This document shows, in pieces, positions 1 to 21,946 of a DNA stretch of 64,000 bases (position 1 is its first letter; each line of letters begins with the position of its first letter). Under the pieces are notes generated by a model. The model searched no databases, had not been told where the DNA came from, and saw only the letters and a program-made list of their open reading frames with translations. The stretch covers positions 1 through 64,000 of the forward strand of contig CAXHJY010000894.1 in assembly GCA_964016885.1 (NCBI GenBank). Direction: 5' to 3'. The position numbers were made by a program, and so were the translations under genes. The stretch comes from Eledone cirrhosa. Lineage: Eukaryota.

Positions 1-2
1 CG

Positions 3-307
3 CAACTCATAACAACAATACGGCACAATTATTTCACCTCAATCGGCCCTGCTCTCTTCAACATCACACCAGGACACGTCAAAACAGAAACTGACCACAT
101 AAAATTCAAGAAGTCTTTGGACAAATTCCTCCAAGTAATCCCGGACAAACCACCCACACCCGGATATGTCTCCGCAAACAGTAATTCTCTTCTCGAATGG
201 GCCATGGTGCCCAAATCCTGAATGAAAGACTTCGCCAGGTGGTGCTATTAAGTTAGACATGGCCTGGGCCAATACTGGCCAAAACATTTCAAAGTTATTC
301 AAAGTTA
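3..307 (+). mobile_element. 3' end of a CR1-type LINE (RT C-terminus, 3' UTR and short tandem tail)
   Basis: Frame from base 3 reads [27 protein letters not shown]...[21 protein letters not shown]...W-stop (219-221), the typical invertebrate CR1 ORF2 end. Tail (TTCAAAGTTA)x2 at 288-307 runs into the TA array. Confidence 0.8.
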
Positions 308-10714
<10,407 letters not shown>

Positions 10715-10873
10715 ATATTGTTATACTTTGGGAGGGTCATGTTGCCAATAAGAAACACACGCACCAGTTGCTTTCACTTCAATTTAATTTAATATATATT
10801 TATAAATTTACAAATTTATAAATTTCTGGTTGGTTGGTTGGTTCCACAACCAGATAGTTGTTTATATATATAT

Positions 10874-10918
10874 AGTCATAGTTCTTTCGTCACACACTCT
10901 GTGACCTCTTCAGTGACT
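10874..10918 (-). ncRNA. Minimal hammerhead ribozyme (PLE-A pLTR, inverted copy)
   Basis: Reverse complement: AGTCA CTGAAGA G GTCACA gagtg TGTGAC GAAA GAAC TA TGACT. Confidence 0.75.
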
Positions 10919-12562
10919 GGGGATTTCTTTCTTCGTTTCTGTGCCTTTCCTTTCTTCTATCCTACGCCATTTTGTTTGTGTGTGGGTTGCGTGCTCAGTT
11001 TGCGCATGCGCCACATCCGGGTGTCTGTGTGTGTTTGTGTTCATTTTTCTATTTTTCTATTTATATTTGTTTGTTTATTTATTTATTTATTGTTGGTTGG
11101 TTGTTTGTTCTATGTGTGTGTGTGTTTTCATTTTGTCTTGTGTGTGTTTTCATTTTGTGTGTGTTTTCAATTGTAAGTTGTTTGTTCTATGTGTGTGTGT
11201 GTTTTCATTTTGTCCTTAATTGTAAGTTGTGATGTTGCTGTTCCACTCATATTTTCTATTTAATTTTGGTTTTAATTCTTTTATGCTTACTGCCTCTGTA
11301 ATTTGCCTAAACATTGCGTCTTTCTTGTGTGTGGATTCTATTTTTATTTCTATGCTCTCTAATTTACCCCTGTGTTCTATCTTATCATGTTGGTAGAGCA
11401 CAGATGATTCTTTACTATCTTGGAGGTCTCGCCAGTGTTCATTTATTCGTTCCCCTATACTACGAGCTGTCTCACCTATGTACACTATATTTTTGTTTCT
11501 ACATTGTCCTTCAGTACATCTTATGCTATATACTACATTTCTAGTTTTACAGTTAATATGGGGGCTTATTTTACAGGTTATACATTTCTTATCTATACAT
11601 GAGGGTCTTTGGAACGGGTATGTCTTGCTAATAAGTGTTTTTACGGAGGTACCAGGTCTTTCTACTATCTTAATATTGAGATTATGTTTCTTTAGGGCCC
11701 TTCTAAATTTGTAGGCTAGTTCGCCTCTAGGGGTTGTATCGATACAACCCCTAGAGGCGAACTAGCCTACAAATTTAGAAGGGCCCTAAAGAAACATAAT
11801 CTCAATATTAAGATAGTAGAAAGACCTGGTACCTCCGTAAAAACACTTATTAGCAAGACATACCCGTTCCAAAGACCCTCATGTATAGATAAGAAATGTA
11901 TAACCTGTAAAATAAGCCCCCATATTAACTGTAAAACTAGAAATGTAGTATATAGCATAAGATGTACTGAAGGACAATGTAGAAACAAAAATATAGTGTA
12001 CATAGGTGAGACAGCTCGTAGTATAGGGGAACGAATAAATGAACACTGGCGAGACCTCCAAGATAGTAAAGAATCATCTGTGCTCTACCAACATGCTAAG
12101 ATAGAACACAGGGGTAAATTAGAGAGCATAGAAATAAAAATAGAATCCACACACAAGAAAGACGCAATGTTTAGGCAAATTACAGAGGCAGTAAGCATAA
12201 AAGAATTAAAACCAAAATTAAATAGAAAATATGAGTGGAACAGCAACATCACAACTTACAATTAAGGACAAAATGAAAACACACACACACATAGAACAAA
12301 CAACTTACAATTGAAAACACACACAAAATGAAAACACACACAAGACAAAATGAAAACACACACACACATAGAACAAACAACCAACCAACAATAAATAAAT
12401 AAATAAACAAACAAATATAAATAGAAAAATAGAAAAATGAACACAAACACACACAGACACCCGGATGTGGCGCATGCGCAAACTGAGCACGCAACCCACA
12501 CACAAACAAAATGGCGTAGGATAGAAGAAAGGAAAGGCACAGAAACGAAGAAAGAAATCCCC

Positions 12563-12607
12563 AGTCACTGAAGAGGTCACAGAGTGTGTGACGAAAGAAC
12601 TATGACT
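12563..12607 (+). ncRNA. Minimal hammerhead ribozyme (PLE-A pLTR)
   Basis: Stem I AGTCA/TGACT, core CTGAAGA, one extra G, stem II GTCACA/TGTGAC, GAAA, vestigial stem III AG-aa-CT, CUA cleavage triplet. Confidence 0.75.
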
Positions 12608-12824
12608 ATATATATATAAACAACTATCTGGTTGTGGAACTAACCAACCAACCAGAAATTTATAAATTTGTAAATTTATAAATATATATTAAATTAAATT
12701 GAAGTGAAAGCAACTGGTGCGTGTGTTTCTTATTGGCAACATGACCCTCCCAAAGTATAACAATATCGGTTTCAACACACGATTTCAGATAAAGAATCTT
12801 GCTAAACAAATTCAGAAACGAAAT

Positions 12825-12843
12825 ATATATATATATATGTATA

Positions 12844-12886
<43 letters not shown>

Positions 12887-13329
12887 ATATATATATATAT
12901 ACATGTATATATATATATACATGTATATATGTATATATATATGTATATATGTATATATATATGTATATGTATATATGTATATGTATATATGTATATATAT
13001 ATGTATATATGTATATGTATATATATATGTATATATATATGTATATGTATATATATATGTATATATATATATATATGTATATATATGTATATATGTATAT
13101 ATATGTATATATATATGTATACATATGTATATATGTATATATATGTATATATATATGTATACATATGTATATATGTATATATATGTATATATATATGTAT
13201 ACATATATATATATGTATATATATGTATATATATATGTATACATATATATATATGTATATATATGTATATATATATGTATACATATATATATATGTATAT
13301 ATGTATATATATATATATATGTATATATG

Positions 13330-13366
<37 letters not shown>

Positions 13367-13385
13367 GTATATATATATATATATG

Positions 13386-13422
<37 letters not shown>

Positions 13423-13467
13423 GTATATATATATATATATGTATATATGTATATATATATATATATG
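12825..13467. repeat. (TA)n/(TATG)/(TACA) microsatellite
   Basis: Directly visible. Confidence 0.95.
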
Positions 13468-13870
13468 TCATCATCATCATCATCATCACCGTTTTACGTC
13501 CGTTCTTCCACGCTAGCATGGGTTAGACGGGTTGTCCTGTTGTGGGCAGTGTCTGGTCGGCTGACCATGCCTTGCTCATACAGGAACTGATCTGGCTTGA
13601 TTTCTACAGCTGGATGCCCTTCCTAACACCAACCTCATTTACAGTGAGTGCTGGGTGCTTTTTCGTGGCGCCTACACGTCCACTTTACAGTGTGGGCTGG
13701 GTGCTTTTTTGCCGTGGCACCTCCACGACCACCTTGCGGTGGGGGGGGGGGGGGGGGGCATATTGTTTATATGCTTCAGCATGTACCCATGGGAGGTCGG
13801 GTACCCTGTATTACTGCGTGACGCCAGAAGTCACGGTCGTGTGTCATTGACTTTGAGAGGTGTAGTTGGG
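13468..13870 (-). mobile_element. 5'-truncated RTE LINE copy (ORF end, 3' UTR and (GAT)n tail)
   Basis: Near-identical reverse complement of 51474-51889. Begins with (CAT)n on the + strand and is inserted in a TA tract. Confidence 0.92.
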
Positions 13871-13882
13871 TATATATATATG

Positions 13883-13945
<63 letters not shown>

Positions 13946-13998
13946 GTATATATATATATGTATGTATATATGTATATATATATATGTATGTATATATG

Positions 13999-14030
<32 letters not shown>

Positions 14031-14037
14031 TATATGT

Positions 14038-14519
14038 ACGAAACGAAATTAAATTTTGTTTCGTTTGTAACTCACGGTACGTACTCACGCTCTATGCAAA
14101 TTAGTCTGCCCACTACTAATTTTCATAGAAAAAGCATATAACGATATGTGCTTTTACGATTCTCTAGAAAGGCCGGAAGATAGGTAAATATTGCTGATGA
14201 GATGTAACAACATCGAAACTAGTCCAATATTCTTTGTCTGGCTTTCTGGAGAATAGAGGAAAGGTGTTTCCTCGAAAACCAGTATGACTCTAAAAACCGG
14301 TTTGTCTGTGTGTTTACATACAGAATAGCTGGACACTCACAGTAAAGTGTCCAGTGAAAAACTCGGTACATCTACATATGTACACGTGTGTGTATTCATA
14401 TGCATACTAGTATTTCAGTATACATATGTGGATGTACATTTTTAACTTAATTGTTTAAGCGTCAGTCATACAAAAGTGAGTTACAAACGAAACGAAATTT
14501 AATTTCGTTTCGTTATTTG

Positions 14520-14524
<5 letters not shown>
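14038..14524 (+). mobile_element. Non-coding, highly structured hammerhead-containing element with 38-bp terminal inverted repeats (retrozyme-like or non-autonomous PLE-dependent)
   Basis: TIRs at 14038-14075 and 14476-14513 (1 mismatch). The interior is a chain of hairpins plus a canonical hammerhead. TA tracts lie on both sides and there is no credible ORF. Confidence 0.75.
14187..14231 (+). ncRNA. Canonical type-I hammerhead ribozyme
   Basis: AATATTG CTGATGA GATGT aaca ACATC GAAA CTAG TC CAATATT: 7-bp stem I, G10.1-C11.1 stem II, palindromic stem III ACTAGT, GUC cleavage triplet. Confidence 0.92.
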
Positions 14525-14576
<52 letters not shown>

Positions 14577-14602
14577 ATATATGTATATATATGTATATAT
14601 AT

Positions 14603-14755
14603 AGGAAGGGCATCCAGTTAGGAAGGGCATCCAGCTGTAGAAAACCCACCAGATAGTCCTATGCAAGCAAGATAATCACTCTTGCCTCAAGTAGGAAAAC
14701 CCCCGTCCAAACCCATGCAAGCGTGGAACACGGACATTAAACGTTGATGATGATG
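14603..14755 (+). mobile_element. RTE-type 3' UTR fragment
   Basis: AGGAAGGGCATCCAG...CCCATGCAAGCGTGGAA...GGACATTAAACGTTGATGATGATG, the RTE tail consensus seen at 51730-51889. Confidence 0.75.
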
Positions 14756-14835
14756 TATACATGTATATATGTATGTATATATGTATGTATATATGTATGT
14801 ATATCTGTATGTATATATATGTATGTATATATCTC

Positions 14836-14902
<67 letters not shown>

Positions 14903-15170
14903 GTATATATATATATGTTGAAAAAAATGAAAACGAAATTTCATTTCTCACTCTTAGTACGGCACTTACTTAAATGTAAGTATGTATGTATACGTACATA
15001 CATATATGTATACAGACGTACAGTAGCATGCATATATACACATATATATATATATATATATACATACATACACATACAGGTACACATACATATATGCACG
15101 TATCAGTTTAGCGGACGCTTATTATAATGCTGCTTTGTTCGTTTGTAAACAAACTGAACAGCCTGAATTT

Positions 15171-16832
15171 ATGCCATACGATGTTGTGTCCCTGTATCCA
15201 TCTATTGACGTGGATTTTGCTGTGGAGAAATGCGTTGAAATGATCAGTGAGAGCAAGGTTGAGTTCCGTGGGATTGATACCAGTGAGCTGGGACTCCTAC
15301 TTAAGCTTACCTATAGTAATAGTTACCTAGACACATATGACCTTAGCAACCTGTGCCCTACAAGACCAGCAAGAGGCAGACCACCTACAATTACCTCAAT
15401 GGCCAAGAAAACCCACACAGATAGATGGAACGGGTGGACCAGAGCCATACGGACACCCGAAAACCACGATGAACTGAAGAAAATGATTGCACATGCAGTA
15501 GGGGCCAGCATAAAACTAACCCTTAAGGAACATGTGTTCAAATTTAATGGAAAAACATATGCCCAAGAGGAAGGAGCAGCCATTGGTGTTAGCATTGCAG
15601 GCGACATAGCTAACTTATTCATGGTATGGTGGGACAGTAGACTTAAGCTTAAACTTAAAGAACAATTAGAAGACCCCTTAACCCTGATAATGTACTCCCG
15701 CTACGTAGATGATATAAACATCGTAGTTAAGACACCCCCACTAGAGAACAGTCAGGAACTAGAGAAAAACACAATGGAAAGCATCCAGCAAATAGCAAAC
15801 TCCATCCACCAGAGCATTAGAGTTACTATAGACTACCCAAGTAAACACCCCAACCATCGATTACCTGTACTAGACACAGAGCTCTGGTTAGATACCATTA
15901 ACAACCAAAAACAAATCCTCCATTCCCATTATGCCAAACCCATGAGTTCCAAACATCTGATCCACCGAAACTCGGCCATTTCGGACCATACCAAAATCAA
16001 CATACTGATTGCGGATTTGGTATGGGTGATGAGAAATGTGTCCCGCATGTGCAACCCTGAAGAACTAGAGAGACACATCCAACACTTCATCCACCGTATG
16101 CAGTTCTCTGGCTACAATCAGAGAGATAGAATCAGAGTGTATAGAGGAGCCAGAACCAAATGGGAAAAAATGGTAAATAATGACATAAATGGGACCTGCC
16201 CCTTGTATAGGAGCAAATTTTGGAATAGAATAGAAAGAACTAGGAACAAGGCTAATAGAATAAACTCATGGTATGATAGCAATAAATACCAGAGTGTAAT
16301 GTTCATCGATACAACCCCTAGAGGCGAACTAGCTTACAAATTTAGAAGGGCTCTAAATAAACATAAACTCAATATTAAGATAGTAGAAAGACCAGGTACC
16401 TCCGTCAAAACACTTATTAGCAAGACATACCCATTTCAAAGACCCTCATGTATAGATAAGAAATGTATAACCTGTAAAATAAGCCCCCATATTAACTGTA
16501 AAACTAGAAATGTAGTGTATAGCATAAGATGTACTGAAGGACAATGTAGAGACAAAAATATAGTGTACATAGGTGAGACAGCTCGTAGTGTAGGGGAACG
16601 GATAAATGAACACTGGCGAGACCTTCAAGATAATAAAGAATCATCTGTACTCTACCAACATGCTAAGATAGAACACAAGGGTAAATTAGAGAACATAGAA
16701 ATAAAAATAGAATCTACACACAGAAAAGACGCAATGTTTAGACAAATTACAGAGGCAATAAACATAAAAGAATTACAACCAAAATTAAATAGAAAATATG
16801 AGTGGAACAGCAACATCACAACTTACAATTAA
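15171..16832 (+). CDS. 5'-truncated Penelope-like element (family A) RT plus GIY-YIG endonuclease ORF
   Basis: RT motifs YDVVSLYPSI, QEEGAAIGVSIAGDIANLFM, YSRYVDD and LPVLD; thumb HYAKPMSS..SA; GIY-YIG with CCHH VVYSIRCTEGQC...YIGETARSVGERINEH...LYQH. The frame is uninterrupted but lacks the RT N-terminus. Confidence 0.92.
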   Translation: MPYDVVSLYPSIDVDFAVEKCVEMISESKVEFRGIDTSELGLLLKLTYSNSYLDTYDLSNLCPTRPARGRPPTITSMAKKTHTDRWNGWTRAIRTPENHDELKKMIAHAVGASIKLTLKEHVFKFNGKTYAQEEGAAIGVSIAGDIANLFMVWWDSRLKLKLKEQLEDPLTLIMYSRYVDDINIVVKTPPLENSQELEKNTMESIQQIANSIHQSIRVTIDYPSKHPNHRLPVLDTELWLDTINNQKQILHSHYAKPMSSKHLIHRNSAISDHTKINILIADLVWVMRNVSRMCNPEELERHIQHFIHRMQFSGYNQRDRIRVYRGARTKWEKMVNNDINGTCPLYRSKFWNRIERTRNKANRINSWYDSNKYQSVMFIDTTPRGELAYKFRRALNKHKLNIKIVERPGTSVKTLISKTYPFQRPSCIDKKCITCKISPHINCKTRNVVYSIRCTEGQCRDKNIVYIGETARSVGERINEHWRDLQDNKESSVLYQHAKIEHKGKLENIEIKIESTHRKDAMFRQITEAINIKELQPKLNRKYEWNSNITTYN

Positions 16833-17271
16833 GGACAAAATGAAAACACGCACACACATAGAACAAACAACCAACCACTAACATGTAAATAAACACATAA
16901 ACACACACAGACACCCGGATGTGGCGCATGCGCAGACTGAGCACACAACACACACACAGAAACAAAATGGCGTAGGACAGAACAAAGGAGAGGCACAGAA
17001 ACAAAGAAAGAAATCCCCAGTCACTGAAGAGGTCACAGAGTGTGTGAAGAAAGAACTATGACTATATATAAACAACTATCTGGTTGTGGAACCAACCAAC
17101 CAACCAGAAATTTATAAATTTGTAAATTTATAAATATATAATAAATTGAAGTGAAAGCAACTGGTGCGTGCGTTTCTTATTGGCAACATGACCCTCCCAA
17201 AGTATAACAATATCGGTTTCAACACACGATTTCAGATAAAGAATCTTGCTAAACAAATTCAGAAACGAAAT
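16833..17271 (+). mobile_element. PLE-A 3' UTR/pseudo-LTR with hammerhead (17019-17063, stem II closing C mutated to A) and tail ending CAGAAACGAAAT
   Basis: Homologous to 12266-12824; AGTCA CTGAAGA GGTCACAGAGTGTGTGAA GAAA GAAC TA TGACT. Confidence 0.85.
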
Positions 17272-17352
17272 GTATATATGTATATATATGTATATGTATA
17301 TATATATATGTATATATATATATGTATATATATATGTATATATATGTATATG

Positions 17353-17397
<45 letters not shown>

Positions 17398-17555
17398 GTA
17401 TATATGTATGTATATATTTGTATATGTATATATGTATATGTATATATGTATGTATATATTTGTATATGTGTATATGTATATATATGTATATATATATATG
17501 TATATATATATATGTATATATGTATATATATATATGTATATATATCTATGTATAT

Positions 17556-20173
17556 ACTTCAATGGTCATGTTGGACAGCTCCAGGATGGTTACACTGGGC
17601 TACATAGTGGGCACGGTTTCGGCTCAAGAAATGAAGGAGTGAGACTACTTGAATTTTGTGATGCAAGTACACTGACTATTTGCAACACTAATTTCCAGAA
17701 ACCTGCCAACCATCTAATAACCTACAAATCAGGCGAGCACATAAGCCAGATTGACTTCTTACTAGTTAGGCAGCGGGACAGGCAGATGGTGTCAAATACC
17801 AAAGCATACCCTAGGGAAGAATGTACCCCACAACATAGGTTAGTTGTTAGTGATATCACAATAAGCAAGAGATGGAATGAGACATACAGGAAGGTGTGGA
17901 GAAGAAAGGTCTGGAAGCTAAAAGACCTTTCACTAAAATACAAATTTAGGAAAGTCCTTCAAGATGTGTGTGACGAAAAAAAAGACGATTTAGAGTCATA
18001 TGACATAGATAATAACCGGAATTTCTTATGTGACAACTTACTGCAGGCTACTGATGAAACTTGTGGCTGGAGCAGAGCTCCAACCAGACAGAGACTGACC
18101 TGGTGGTGGAACAGCACGGTAGATACGGCCATTAGAGACCAAAGACTAGCATGGAAGGCTGGGAAAAAGGGTGGGTGTAGAGAAGGATATACAGCCGCTA
18201 AGAGAGAAGCTAGACATCAGGTGTACTTAGCAGGCAGGTAGGCTGAGAGTAGGAGGTTTGCCAATGTTCTGCGACAGGAAGATCAGAGGCATGCGGTGTT
18301 CCACATTGCAAGGCAGTGTGTCAATGCAAATCAGGATGTTGTTGGAGATAAATGTGTCCGGAATGATGGTGGTATACTTAGTGTCACGAATGATCAGAAA
18401 AAAGGAGGACTGGAAATGTCATTATGAGAGACTGATGAATGTGGAGAACGAATGGGAGAGAGATAAATTACCCTCAGTAGATCCGACTGAGGAACCAGCT
18501 ATTGAGATTGATGAATATAGGGTCCAAGAGGCGATTAAGGAAATGAAAAATGGTAAGGCTGCTGGACTGTTGGGGATAGTTGCTGAGATGCTGAAGGCAT
18601 CAGGGGACGTAGGCACTAAACTGGTTGCACGCATCATCAATCGGGCTATATATGGTGGTGTCATACCCAAAGACTGGTGCAGCAGTATTCTCATAAATTG
18701 CTACAAAGGTAAAGGGGATGCTCTGGAGAGGAGCAATTATAGGGGTATAAAACTGATGGATCAGGTTATGAAAGTGGCAGAAAGGATATTAGCACAACTG
18801 ATTAGAGAAAGGGTCAAACTAGATGAGATGCAGTTTGGTTTTGTGCCTGGGAAAAGTACAACAGATGCCCTCTTCTTGGTGAGACAATTACAAGAGAGGT
18901 TCTTAGAGAAGAATAAGCCACTATACTTAGCCTTTGTTGACCTAGAGAAGGCTTTTGATAGGGTACCCCGATCTGTCATCTGGTGGTCCCTAAGGAAACT
19001 AGGTGTTGAAGAATGGCTTGTGAGGACAGTGCAAACTTTGTACAGAGGTGCTGTCAGTAAAGTCAAGGTAGGAATGGAGTTTAGTGAGGAATTCCAGATA
19101 CAAGTAGGAGTACATCAAGGTTCGTTCCTCAGCCCATTCTTGTTCATTATAGTCCTCCAAGCCATAACAGAGGAGTTTAAGACTGGCTGTCCATGGGAAC
19201 TTCTCTATGCTGACGATCTGGTTCTTATAGCAGAATCAGTAGAGGAGCTAGAGAATAAATTCTGGCTATGGAAACAGCAGTTGGAAGCAAGAGGACTGAG
19301 AGTGAACCTAGCTAAGACAAAAGTGTTGATGAGTAGAAAAGAAGACAAAACTTTGATTCCGTCAGGGAAATGGCTATGTTCGATATGCAGAAAAGGAACT
19401 GGCATAAATTCTATAAAATGCACAGTGCAGATCCTGGGTACACAAGAGATGTAGTGGGATAGCAGGCAAACTAACAGGTAGGGAGAAATATGTATGCAGT
19501 AAATGTACAGGGAAATTAGACAGAAGTCGCATTGATAAACACATTTTTCAAATGCAGGCAGGTGCTATAGAAGTGGTGGATAGCTTCCGGTACCTAGCCT
19601 AGGAGATCAGATTAGCATAGGATGGGGGATGTTCCGAGGCCATAGTATCTAGAATAAGGACGGGTTGGAAGAAATTTAGGGAGCTGCTTCCTCTGCTGAC
19701 GAAGAAGGGTTTCTCCCTGCGTACGAAAGGCCAGTTATATGATGCCTGTGTGAGGAGCGCGATGCTGCATGGTAGTGAGACATGAGCAGCAACTGCAAAG
19801 GATATGCGACGGCTGGAGAGAAATGAGGCAAGCATGCTACGTTGGATGTGCAATGTTAATGTGCGTGAACGACCCAGCATGAATGTGTTGAGTGAGAAAA
19901 TGTGTCTGAGAGGGATAGAATGTAGTGTGCGAGAGAGGAGACTGAGGAGGTATGGACATGTGATGCGCATGGAGGATGACCGATGGGTAAAGAAGTGCCA
20001 GGAAATGCCAGTTGGAGGAAGACGTGGTAGAGGTAGACCACGAAAAACATGGGTGGAGGTGGTGAGAACAGACCTCAGATCGCTGAAGCTCACGGTGGAG
20101 AGATGCTGTGCTGAATAAGACCCGTCCCACTCTTGCAAGAAGGGAAAAGCGGACGTAAAATGATGATGATGAT
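17556..20173 (+). pseudogene. Decayed 5'-truncated RTE LINE (APE-RT)
   Basis: DFNGHVG, QIDFLL, QFGFVPGKSTTDA, FVDLEKAFDRVPR, GVHQGS and LYADDL across ORFs 17246-18241, 18258-19454 and 19804-20118. Contains stops and frameshifts and ends in a (GAT)n tail. Confidence 0.93.
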
Positions 20174-20512
20174 ATATATATATATATATATATATATAAG
20201 TTCCCAGTCCACACTATAAATGTGGATGGTGTTAGGAAGGGCATCCAGCCGTAGAAAACCTGCCAGATAGTCTTATATGAGGGAGACACGGTCACCCAAC
20301 CACCCTTGCCTCAAGTGGGACAATTCCCATCTAACCCATGCTAGTGTGGAAGATGGGCGTTAAACGATGATGATGATATGTATATATATATTCACACATA
20401 TTTATATATATATATTTATATGTATCATCTTCATCACTGTTTTATATTGTCTATATGCTTCAGTTTCAGCTTGTTCCTGTGGGAATTCGGGTCTTCTGTA
20501 TTACTGCATATA

Positions 20513-20546
<34 letters not shown>

Positions 20547-20650
20547 TATATATATTCTATATATGTATATATATATAGATATATATATATATATAAATAT
20601 ATATATTATAACAGGGGGCTGGACTGGTGCACATCCTTGAAAGGTTTATT

Positions 20651-20708
20651 ATACTATGATCATTTCAATGACCAGATTCAGTATGAATCCGGTGACATCA
20701 TCAGGTAT
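20651..20708 (-). ncRNA. Hammerhead ribozyme in a PLE-type pLTR remnant (20590-20918)
   Basis: Reverse complement: ATAC CTGATGA tgtc ACCGGATTCA tac TGAATCTGGT catt GAAA TGATCA TA GTAT. Palindromic stem III ATGATCAT, followed by AATAAA. Confidence 0.75.
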
Positions 20709-20918
20709 TCAAAATATAACAAAGGAATATAACAGATAAAATCCATGGGGCTGAAAATCAGGTGAACCAACAAACCTAAATAAATATTATATATATACAT
20801 ATTTTTTTTTATATACAAAAACTTAGACCACTGAGCGTGTGCGCATAAACGCACCTGCACCATGTCGTATTTATGACAGTATTGTATAAGCTCAATGTAC
20901 AAGAACAGAGCTGTTATA

Positions 20919-21939
20919 TGTAAAAGAAATCAAAGAACGCCTACATACTCATACAATTTTTATTTGCTAACAATGTTTCATCCATACCATTGGGCAGGAA
21001 TCATTAGAGCTTTAAAAATAAAATTACAATGCTGAGTATAGGCTCTACCGAGCTTCGTCACATGAACATTAGAAATACAATAGAGGTCAACCAGAGGGAG
21101 ATTGGAAATGGCAAGTATTGAGAGAGTACTTAGTTGGGTTGTTATTCAGCACTACAGCTAAATGCAATGGTACAGGCAGATTTTTTCAAGATGCAGAAGC
21201 ACGTGAAGGCACACAAAAGCAAAAAATATAAACAATAGTTAAAATATATAATAATAACGTAAAAGGAAAATAATATAAAGAGATAAAAAAGTTTGGCCTG
21301 TATTTATTAATGTGGTGCATGTATATATACAGGTATAGCACCCATGGTCCACATAATTCCGTAACCTACTAGTATACCTTGATTATGTATACTATGGGGA
21401 GGAATAAAATCCCAATTGGGATTTCTGAAGGTACCTTGGGAGCCTTTTAGTATTTCTATAACTATAAGTTATGGAGAACTAAATCACCTGTTATATATAG
21501 TGACCAACGCATATCTTGTTTTTTGTGTGCCTTAAAAAACTGTTTCTTTTTTCTTTTTTAAATTTTTTTTATCTCTTTATATTATTATTTTCCTTTTACT
21601 TTATTATAATATATTTTAACTATTGTTTATATTTTTTGCTTTTGTGAGCCCTCAGGTGCTTCTGCATCTTGAAAGAATCTGCCTATACCATTGCATTTAG
21701 CTGTAGTGCTGGATAACAACCACACTATGCACTCTCTCAATACTCATCCTTTCTGATCTCTCTCTGGTTGCCCTCTATTGTATTTCTAATGTTCATGTGA
21801 CGAAGCTCGATAGAGCCTATACTCAGCATTGTAATTTTATTTTTAAAGCTCTGATGATTCCTTCCCAATGGTATGGATGAAACATTGTTAGCAAATAAAC
21901 ATTGTATGAGTATGTAGGCGTTCTTTGATTTCTTTTACA
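20919..21939. repeat. Long imperfect inverted repeat (~380-bp arms), each arm with a weak hammerhead-like motif
   Basis: 20919-21300 is the diverged reverse complement of ~21540-21939. GCT CTGATGA ttcc...ggat GAAA CATTG TT AGC lies at 21848-21892, with a mutated mirror at 20966-21010. Confidence 0.85.
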
Positions 21940-21946
21940 CACACTC

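Larger units (their letters stand above)
10715..12824. mobile_element. Fold-back (perfectly inverted) 3' fragment of Penelope-like element family A: GIY-YIG end plus pseudo-LTR, 1026-bp arms and 58-nt tail
   Basis: 10715-11740 is the reverse complement of 11741-12766 with centre ATC|GAT and no spacer. Mirror ORFs 11216-11485(-) and 11996-12265(+) both read YIGETARSIGERINEH. Homologous to 16305-17270. Flanked by TA arrays. Confidence 0.93.

Noticed and set aside
15135-15170. Annotated start of the 565-aa PLE ORF
   Set aside because: The TTG start lies in unrelated hairpin sequence. RT homology begins near 15171, so the element is 5'-truncated.
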